Shown here: one piece after another, positions 9,490 to 18,800 of the stretch
How the letters are laid out: the number at the start of each line of letters is the position of its first letter
Position numbering within the stretch: the first letter of the stretch is position 1
From: Candidatus Micrarchaeia archaeon
GTDB taxonomy: Archaea > Micrarchaeota > Micrarchaeia > CAILAH01
Direction of reading: 5' to 3'
DNA length: 64,000 bases
NCBI GenBank assembly: GCA_038874595.1
Contig: JAVZCB010000002.1
Coordinates: 64,001-128,000, forward strand
The notes under the pieces: generated by a model
Database searches by the model: none
The model's input: the letters and a program-made list of their open reading frames with translations, nothing else
What the model was told of the DNA's origin: nothing
Made by a program: the position numbers and the translations under genes

Positions 9490-10818
9490 TTATCCTGTGC
9501 TTCCCTCCATCTCTATCTGGATAAACCTGTTCAGCTCAATTGCATACTCAAGCGGGATTTCTGAGATTACTGGAGATATGAAACCACTAACGTAAAGCAT
9601 TATTGCATCCTGCCTCTTAATCCCCCTGCTTTCAAGATAATTGAGTTGCTCTTCTGAAATCCTACCGGCGCTTGCCTCGTGCACGTAAGATGTTCCTTTA
9701 GATTCAATTATATCAGAGTATGGAAATGTATCAGACTTTGCGCCGCGGCCAATCAGAAGTGAATCGCACTTCGTGGAGGATGTCGAGCCAACTGCACCCT
9801 TGCTCATCTTTACAAGCCCGCGGTATACTCCATAACCGCTGCCGATGCAGATGCCTTTTGATATCACGGTAGAATGGGTATTCGGTGCTGTGTGAATCAC
9901 CTTTGCACCACCTTCCTTAACAGTCCCGCTGCCTGCAAGCGTTATTGTAAGATGGCTTGCGCGCGCCCCCTCACCTAATAAAACGCTTGAAGGGTAAAGC
10001 ATTGATACTTTTGCACCGAGAGAACCGCCTATCCATTCCATAAGTGCATTCTTGCCTACAAACGCGCGTTTGGTATTGAGGTTGTAGATGTTTTTGCTCC
10101 AGTTTTGGACTGTTGAATACCTCACGTGGCTGTTCTCCTTTGCATAAACCTCAACAACTGCTGAGTGGAGCGCATTCTTATCATAAACTGGTGCTGAGCA
10201 CCCCTCAATATAGTGGACACTTGCACCTTTCTCTGCAATTATAATAGTATGCTCAAACTGCCCTTCGCGCTTTGCATTCATGAAAAAATACGCCTGCATC
10301 GGGACACCAATGCTGACACCGCGCGGCACATAAAGAAATGAGCCGCCGCTCCACACTGCGTAGTGGAGCATACTGAACTTGTTATCATTTACGGGGACTG
10401 CCTTGGCAAAGTACTGCCGTACAAGCCCTGGATGTTTCCTGACCGCCTCGTCAAGGCTTGAAAATATAACGCCCTTCCTTTCCCACTCCTCCCTAAGCCG
10501 CTCGTAAACACTTTCAGACTGGTATTGTGCAATTGAGCCGCCAAGAAGTGCCTTTTTTTCAATTTCCGGGAGACCCATCTTCTCGTACACCTTTCTTATG
10601 CTCTTCGGCACATCTTCCCACCTTGTGGCCCTGCCTGCATCAGGAGGGGTGTAATAATTTATTGAATTGAAATCCAGGGACTTTAGCGAAGGCACCTGCC
10701 ATTCCGGCATTCTTGCTTTGCTGAATTGCTCAAGTGCAGATAGGCGGATACGAAGCATCCACTCTGGCTCATTCTTAGCCTCTGATATCTCTTTTACGAG
10801 CGATTTGTTAAGCACCAA
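9490..10818 (-). CDS. sufB: Fe-S assembly protein SufB
   Basis: KNEPEWM, WSGGSF, GQFEHT, HYIEGCSAP, TVQNWS, PLEYAIELN. Confidence 0.95.
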   Translation of the reverse strand: MVLNKSLVKEISEAKNEPEWMLRIRLSALEQFSKARMPEWQVPSLKSLDFNSINYYTPPDAGRATRWEDVPKSIRKVYEKMGLPEIEKKALLGGSIAQYQSESVYERLREEWERKGVIFSSLDEAVRKHPGLVRQYFAKAVPVNDNKFSMLHYAVWSGGSFLYVPRGVSIGVPMQAYFFMNAKREGQFEHTIIIAEKGASVHYIEGCSAPVYDKNALHSAVVEVYAKENSHVRYSTVQNWSKNIYNLNTKRAFVGKNALMEWIGGSLGAKVSMLYPSSVLLGEGARASHLTITLAGSGTVKEGGAKVIHTAPNTHSTVISKGICIGSGYGVYRGLVKMSKGAVGSTSSTKCDSLLIGRGAKSDTFPYSDIIESKGTSYVHEASAGRISEEQLNYLESRGIKRQDAIMLYVSGFISPVISEIPLEYAIELNRFIQIEMEGSTG

Positions 10819-10834
10819 TTAAATCCCCTATGCT

Positions 10835-11059
10835 TTACTCAACCTCAACTATGAACTTCTTCCTGTCAACAGGCACTATCCTTACAGTTTTTCCCTTTGC
10901 AATGCCCATATACTTTGCAAGGTCTTCTGGGACAGATATTATGAGGGACCTGCCTGAATAACTCACTTTCCTCTCAAAGAAGAGGTTTTTCTTTTGTATA
11001 TTATCAACACACCTCTCGCATGTTGAGCATTTGCCTTGTAATGAGCGCTGCACGGCCAT
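10835..11059 (-). CDS. AbrB/SpoVT-type DNA-binding protein with N-terminal CxxCxxC
   Basis: RKVSYSGRSLIISVPEDLAKYMGIAKGKTV swapped-hairpin motif, preceded by CSTCERC; first gene of the suf operon. Confidence 0.75.
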   Translation of the reverse strand: MAVQRSLQGKCSTCERCVDNIQKKNLFFERKVSYSGRSLIISVPEDLAKYMGIAKGKTVRIVPVDRKKFIVEVE

Positions 11060-11063
11060 TATA

Positions 11064-11098
11064 TCACTGATTTAATTAGTGAAAGATAAGTATATAAA
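11064..11098 (-). promoter_or_regulatory. Putative suf-operon promoter (TATA box TTTATATA at 11091-11098, minus strand) and imperfect 19-bp palindrome 11064-11082
   Basis: TCACTgATtTAATtAGTGA lies between the TATA box and the ATG at 11059. Confidence 0.5.
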
Positions 11099-11142
11099 CA
11101 TGAATTACCCAGATATGTCTCTACTTATCCTTGCGAGCCTTG

Positions 11143-12792
11143 TTATGTTTCTTGACAAGCAGAATCAGAAGATGTTGGTGCTTGCCCTTCCTTACCCTGA
11201 CATATCCCTGCAAGCTTCTGGTCTTTCCTCTTCTCTGCTTCAAGCCGTTCAAGATCATATTCTTTCATGTCAACAAACTGCATCGTGTCAGCAAGCAGCG
11301 GGTGGACCTCCTTTATTTTCCTATACATATCCTGTGCAATCCTCCTGTAATCCCTATGCCCCTGCCTTCCGCTTCTCAGCTCAATTAAATGGAAAGCCTC
11401 ACGCAGGTTCATCCTGATATACCACCTAACCTTGTACGCGAAAGGCACAACGTACTGGGCGTGAATTGGGGATAAGGAATGCAGGCTCCAGAATACACGG
11501 GCCGCATTTTCAAGCGCCTCCCTAAACTCGCTTTCGTACCCCGCATCATCTATTTCATAAGGGATATCATATCCGTGAGCAACCGTAAGAAGCTGCCTCT
11601 CTTGCGTAAGTATCCTGTGCCTATGAAGGTCCCTGTAAGCACCAAAGTTTGCTGTGATATCAAAGAGGTAATAAGTGTTCTCAAATGCGCGCCCCGGCTT
11701 ATGCCGCCTGTTTGTGCGGTTCCCAACATAATCGCGCAACACCTTAATCTTTTCATCATCAGTCATTGAATTGGCTATCTCGATACACTTTTGCATGCTT
11801 ACACCAGCAGAGCCAGAATAGAGAATTGCCGCAATCACCTTCTCAGTGCCATCTTTATCATAATCAGCAAGAAAAACCGGCTCCTGGCCCCCAAAAGGCC
11901 TTAGCTCCTTAACAAAAGAAGGATAACTGCTGCTCCCAAAAAATTGCACTGCCTCATCACCGTGCTTTGAGTATGCCCTCTTCAGAAAAACAGGAAACAC
12001 TTTGCTGAGCTCATCGTGCATTTTTCTGCCGAGATGAGTTATCTCGCTGAGTTTTGACGCGCGAGATTTTGTGATGAGATACTCAAATGCACGGCCGTTC
12101 CCGAACAGGCCCACATTAGTAAGCGTAGATGCAGGAAGAAGCCCGCGCAGCGTGTCACACACCTTTGCACGTATTGCTGACTCGTATGCACGCCCGCTTG
12201 TGCTCTCATCACGCGGAAACCTTTCCTCAAAGTATTGCTGCATCTTCGGCATGAGCGCGCTGTACGTATCAAAAAGAAGGTTGCATGCAGATATGTACTC
12301 ATCTGCGTATTTGGTGCCCATTATATACTCATCACGATAGAACTTGTAGTTACCGTTCACTTTTTCATTGAAATATACATACCTGCTCGACTTCTCGAGT
12401 GGTGATATGCCTATCCGCGCATCCTCAATAAACTTGGTTGCAAGGTTGCTTATATTCTCAAGTGCAATGTGTGCGCCTGCAAGCTCGGCAACTGAGTCGT
12501 CTCCGTATTCAACCAGAACACGCTCATAAAAATTATCTGCCTTTGAGATTGCACCCTCAAGCCTGGTATCAGAGCTGGCCTGGGGATGGAGCTCTTCCAA
12601 GCGGATTTCAGAACCGCTTATGAACTCATCAAGCAGGAGGCGCTTCAGGCTCTTTGGTGAGCGGCTGTACCGTGAGAACAGCGTCCCTTTAACAACTTCT
12701 GGCATGTTTATGAGCACAAAAACGTCACCATCAACGTTTGTGCAATATCTTGAAAGCGCAGATTTCTCAAAATCCGTAAATTCTTCTGGCAT
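11143..12792 (-). CDS. thyX: Flavin-dependent thymidylate synthase, long tandem-domain type
   Basis: LFSRYSRS, YGDDSVAEL, SPLEKSSRY in the first half; RDLHRHR and ELRSGRQGH in the second. Probable start MPEEF at 12792. Confidence 0.88.
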   Translation of the reverse strand: MPEEFTDFEKSALSRYCTNVDGDVFVLINMPEVVKGTLFSRYSRSPKSLKRLLLDEFISGSEIRLEELHPQASSDTRLEGAISKADNFYERVLVEYGDDSVAELAGAHIALENISNLATKFIEDARIGISPLEKSSRYVYFNEKVNGNYKFYRDEYIMGTKYADEYISACNLLFDTYSALMPKMQQYFEERFPRDESTSGRAYESAIRAKVCDTLRGLLPASTLTNVGLFGNGRAFEYLITKSRASKLSEITHLGRKMHDELSKVFPVFLKRAYSKHGDEAVQFFGSSSYPSFVKELRPFGGQEPVFLADYDKDGTEKVIAAILYSGSAGVSMQKCIEIANSMTDDEKIKVLRDYVGNRTNRRHKPGRAFENTYYLFDITANFGAYRDLHRHRILTQERQLLTVAHGYDIPYEIDDAGYESEFREALENAARVFWSLHSLSPIHAQYVVPFAYKVRWYIRMNLREAFHLIELRSGRQGHRDYRRIAQDMYRKIKEVHPLLADTMQFVDMKEYDLERLEAEKRKDQKLAGICQGKEGQAPTSSDSACQET

Positions 12793-12876
12793 AATTCTTT
12801 TTGTACCTAAACTATTATATGTGAAAACATCCAAAAACCTATATAACGAAAAATGCAAAATAAGGAAAAATAGCTA

Positions 12877-15800
12877 TTAGTGGTTGCTGAGCCATTGCAA
12901 TATCCTTGTGTACACCACGTATACCTTATCATTGAAAGTACCAATGTTGCCCTGGTTATACACCTGCACTGTTGGACCGCTTGGTGTATATGAAAGCGAC
13001 CTTGAAGTAACGTTAAGAGGTGCATCTGCAACCAGTGTGCCGCCAACATAAACCTGCAGGCTCGCATTATACTGCTCAGGCAACGGGCTCGGCTCAAGGT
13101 TTGGGCTGCCTGTAGGCACGAATGATATCAGCGCCGAACCGCTCGCAGTCGTGTTTGAATATCCAATACCTATGTTGGAGACGTTAGTGTTCGTGTACTG
13201 CGGGAGTGCTAACGGGGGCAGGCCGTTCTGCTCAGTAACCTGGACACGTGCGTTTGGTATCGGTACAAGAGTAATATGGTTTAGCACCGTTACGTTAAGG
13301 CCGTATGGCTTGCCTGCCCTCAACGGGTAATTATTGCCCACAACCGTACCGTTGGTGTATACTATAATGTTGAGCTTCTCACCACCGCCACTTCCACCAA
13401 GCGTGAGCCATTCCTTAACCCTTGAGTATACCCTGTACACATCATCATTGAAATAGCCTACGTTGCCCCTGTTCGGCACTGAAACCGCTGATGAATTCGC
13501 ATAAGGCAGGTTCCTGCGCGATACAGTCATTGCAACCGTACCTTTGTGAATGCCATTCTTATACGCCCTTACTGTTATGTTGTATGCACCTACTTTCTCA
13601 GCAAGCACCTCTGCAGCGCCTGTAGGAACAACTGTCAATGAGATATTACCGTGTCCATCGGTGTGCGATTTAGCATAAACATAGTTGCTGACGTTTGAGA
13701 CGGTATACTGCGGAAGGGCAAACGGCAGGTAGCCGTTATATTCATAAATCCTTACCTCGCTGTTCGGCACACCTGTTCCATTAAAGTACTTCAAGCGTAC
13801 TGTAAGGTTATACGGCTCACCTGAATTATAGAAAGATGTTGTCTGCTTCCCATCAACGAGCGTGATTATTGTGTAGGACGGCGATTCTGTGTATCCTGAG
13901 AATGAGGTGACACTAAACCTCATTGTATTTGGTGTCAGGCATACTTGCGAGGCTGGTGAGTACTCGTAACCGGCTGCCAATATTTCAGCCTTGCTCTTTG
14001 GGAAACCTTCCGCCCTAAGCACGCCAACACCACTTTCTGGACCGCAATCGCTCACATTAATCGTTATTGTAGCGCTCTTGTTGAGCTGTGCTGCACCAGA
14101 GTGTGAGCTGTTTAATGAGACAAACTCCTTATCGACTATGATGTTTGTCCCGTTTGTTAGGTATGCGTATGTGATGTTAGCAAAGCCCCATTTCACACAG
14201 CCAGCTTCTGAGCTGTCCACGCATACTGATAGGTTCGTGAAATTGTTCGAGTTAGCGAATGTTGTTGAATAACCTATGTAGAAAGACGCGTTATATATAA
14301 GAACATCTGATAACCTGTTAAACTCTGGTTGGTTTGCACCTGCAGATGAAAATATAATCATTGGGAACACGCTTAGTGCGGGGTCATGCATTGAAACATC
14401 AGAAATATTATTCCAGTCAGAATCCTGGTTAAAGTATATTGAAGCCATTGACCCATAAACTTCCCCTATATGGATATTGTTTGCAATGGCATTCTCCATC
14501 ACAATCCCGTATAGGTTGTCTCCAAATGTATTATTGGTAAGGTTTGCATAATGCGTCCTATAAACATATGCCCCTAAGAAATTGCCTTCTGACCTTGAGG
14601 CGTTTATTCTTGAGTGGTTGCTGAATAGGATTATAAGACCGTTGTTTTGCAGCGTATCTGAGCCACGCAATGTTGTGTTTGTAACATTCGCCCTTATCGC
14701 ACCGCAAAGCACAAGCTCTGAGTACTGGCCGTTAGCAAGGTTTGTCGGGACGTTTACAAAAAGTATCGGCCTGTTGCCAGAGCCGGTTACATTCTGCAAT
14801 GTTGTGTTACATATGGCATAGTATGGAGAATCGATAACTTGAAGATCCATCATGCCGCTCTCCTGTATTATGTCGTGTGCAAGCCTTGTACCTGTAAAAA
14901 TACCACCTATGTAAACACCTATCACAGATGAGTTGTACACCCTATTATAAAGAAGGTTATTGTAGTTTCCTCCTATTACAATTCCTCTTGAGGCAAAAAC
15001 TACCCTGTTCCAGGAAACATTATTCAAGGAGCTCTGGTCCAAAGAGATGCCATCATAACATCTTGTAATATTGTTTGATGAAACGTTGGCATAGTGGCTA
15101 TTCCTTATGTAAATCCCATTCCCATCAGAAGAACTGCAATTTACAATCTTGTTGTATGCAACCAGTGTCCTGTTTGAGTTTTGGTCAACAAATATGCCTT
15201 TTGATGTATTGTAAACAAAATTCCTTACGTGGCGGTTGCCTATTGCGTTCTGAGACATTATCGCGGCCGCTGTAAATCCAATGCCCCCACTAATATTTTG
15301 TATGGAGTTATCAGTGTAATTATTGTTATATGAGCCCAGGATCAATATGCCACCGGCAACATCGCGCCCTAACAGGTTATAGATGTGGTTATCATATATC
15401 GTGCTGTTTGTTGTGCCAAAATCTACTATGCCTCCCACCATTACACCAGACGCTGTTGCCGAGAGGTCCTTTATAGTGTTGCCTCTTATTGTAACATTAG
15501 ATAGATTGCCGGCTGACGGGCCACTAATCATCAAAATCCCAAATACCTTGCTTGAGGCCGGACCTGGCACATCTAACGTTATATTCCTTATCGTGTTATT
15601 AGCAATCACAAAGCCGCTGGATTTGTTCATGCTGTCTCCCAGTATTATTCCGCTTACGGTTTCACCATCATCAAGCTCGCTCCTGAAGTTCTCGATTGTG
15701 TTGTTAACTATCCAAATGTTGTTGAAGTGGTTGTAATTGTTTGCATCCTCGCCAAAATTGATACCGTGTGGCTGCTTGCCGCTGTCTGCTGTGAAATTCC

Positions 15801-18800
15801 TGAAAATGTTATCTAATATTAGGATGTTGCGGGCTGGATAGGCTGCTTCAAAACCTGCCCTGTAGTTCATGAAAGTGCAGTTGCGTATTGTTATATTCTC
15901 TATGTAGGCTGGCACACCGCTGTAAACAAACATTGCTGTGCCATTTCTGTTACCGATGAGCGTGCTGCCGTTGCAGTCAAGGCCAGATTTTGTAGTAAAC
16001 AAGAATAAGTAACCATCATTTGTTGAGTTCCAGAACGCAGGAATGTGATAGGTATCCTTACAAAGGATAATTGGTGCGTTAACCATAAGCTGGATGGGGG
16101 AAACGCCTGATATGTTAGTAAGCCTGCCCTCCCACGTGCTATTATCAGAAAGATTTACACATTGCAAAGTTTCTGCAAGCGGCCCGAACGGGCTGCTAAA
16201 GTTAGTAATCTCATACGCTGTTATGGTATTTAAGATTGGGTTTAGTTCCTGCCGTGCAATAAACCCTTTCCTCTGCCAAGAACCTGCGCTACTGCTGTAT
16301 TTCCATATCCTGATATCAAACTCTGAATGGCCAGGTGGGACCATAGTATCCTCATAGTAAAATGTTAAGTTAAGCCGCGAGGTGGGTGATGTGTTCTGGA
16401 TTTCCAGGAATAACGGTGGGGTGGCCAGCAAATGGTCAACACCAAACGGCAAAAGTGCAGACGGCATCGTTGTATTGGAAATCACCACATCAATATCACT
16501 AAATGAAATGTGTGTATGGTTAAACCTCGAATTGTTGACTAATGTATGGGATCCTTGCAACGAGATATAATATACCCTGTTCGTGAGGTTTACCTGGGAA
16601 ATGTTCATGTTGTTAAATGTGTTATTCTTAGATTGGGCGATGACCACTACACCTTCAGGTATGCCCCATCCCTGGTATACATAAAGCGGGTATCTCCCCG
16701 TAAGGTTTTGCAGCCTGATATTATCAAATATATTGTTCCACGCCCCAAACATAACGATTGATGGCACAACAACGGAATTTATACAGGAAACGTTTGAAAC
16801 CTGTGTATTGTTGGTAAACATCATATAAAGGCACTGCAAATTCTTATCAGATGTGGAATTGCTTATGCTAATGTTTTTGGACCATATGAGGTTAATTGCG
16901 CGCATGTTACCTACATAATCTGGCGGTAGAATAGGCAGAAAGGGGTCTACGTTATTTAGACGCTTAAAAGTGTTGTTGTACGCACGGGAATTCTGCGTAA
17001 CAAAGAATTTTATACCTTGGAGGGTCTCACCTGTGACGTTCCTCACAGTTACATTATCTGAAAATCCAATATATACAACGTGAGATACCGAAGTTATACT
17101 AAGATTTTCAAATATGACATTTGAACAATCAATGCACGCATAGTAACCGCCGTTAGTGTTTGTTTCAACATAGTTGTGCTTGTCGTTCCCTGCCCAAGAA
17201 CAATAGTAGTATATGGGCTTTCCATTTATTGTATTTGAAGTGTCTATGTCATGCTCAAAATAGTCGTGTACGATAGGGCCCATTACCTCCCCATCATCAT
17301 ATGCAAGCCCGAAGTTCTCAAAATTATTCACAAATTTGTTATTGCGCATTATAAAATGCTTGAACCGTATTCCGCTGCCTCTAAAATTGTTTGTTATGTT
17401 GTTGTCCTGGAGTGTTGTGTTATGGGCGTGGACGTAAAGTGCATGGAAGAGATTATCAAAAGAGCAGTTAGTTACCTTAAACTTTTCTGCATAGCCAATA
17501 AAGTAGTTGCCATAGGGGTCACTGCCCGGTATCCTGCCTTCTATCCCGCCAGTCATATTATAGAAAACTGAGCGGTCAATCCACACATTAGAGACATTTC
17601 CGTGGTTATGGAAGCATATGCCCCCATATTCTATCCCACCATTTGAGCAATTCAAGTATGATATGTTTACATTGTAAACATTCGGGTAAAGATAGATGTG
17701 GGCGCGGTCGCCAAATGCCGCCACGCTCGCGTTTGAGTAGGTAATGTTTACGTGCCTCATCCGTATGTTGTATGTGCCCCAGAACAGAACCGAGGTGATA
17801 TTGTTTTTATGGAAGGATGAGTTCTCTATCCTGATGTTTGTTGAGTTTGCAATCCTTACAACTGCGAGCGGGTTGAAGACATTATTATCCGTACTCGCCC
17901 TGTGCAGCGTGAATTTGCTGTTAGAGATTGTTAAATCATCTGCAAAAACAGCCTGAACAGACTTATTGTTGTTTGTGCTTGTTAAGTTGTCAATGAGAAC
18001 TGATTGGGTTGCGTTTGAAAGGTTGAGTACCATATAAGAGTTGAACACACTTGTATCTCTTATGCGCAAATCACGTGATATGCTGGTTTTATTGCCATAA
18101 ATGTAGAAAGCAGTCGTGCTATTAACCACCCAGCTGCCTGTGAAATTGATGTGTGATGAAGCGTTTACGGCAAATCCCTGCGGCGTATTATATATGCTGG
18201 TGCCGATAAGCTCTGACTGGTTCGTATCTATCAGCCATATTCCATAGAGGCAATTGCTTACATTGCTGTTGCTTAAGGTCAGGTTGTTAATGTTCCATTC
18301 TGAAATAAAGGCTAAATCACACCTCGTGAAATTATTGCCTGATACTTGGTTATGGTCAGAGTTCTGGGTTATCTCAACACATATGTTTGGGATATTATAA
18401 AACCTGTTGTTATTGAAGGCAGAATAGTTTGTGCTTATTATTAAGGCGCCCCTGCTTCCAAAGGAATGAATCCTGTTTAAATTAACCAGCGCATGTGCTG
18501 AGTTCTCAATGCGTATACCTGCACCGTTTGTGAAGTTGTAGATATCGTTTAGTGTCACGCGGTCGCGGGTGCCGTACTCAATGTTGATGCCATAAGTGCA
18601 GTTATAGATTGTATTGTTGAGGAAAGTATTGTTTGAGCCGTCCTTTGAATATATCCCAGTGCCTGCAAGGATGCTGAATATAGTGTTATTAGCAACAGTA
18701 TTGTTATGGCTGTTATCCATCTCTATCCCGTACTGTGTCCCGTTAAATATCATGTTTCCTATGATTGTGTTGTTATATGAAGGGTCCAGATAAATGCCTG

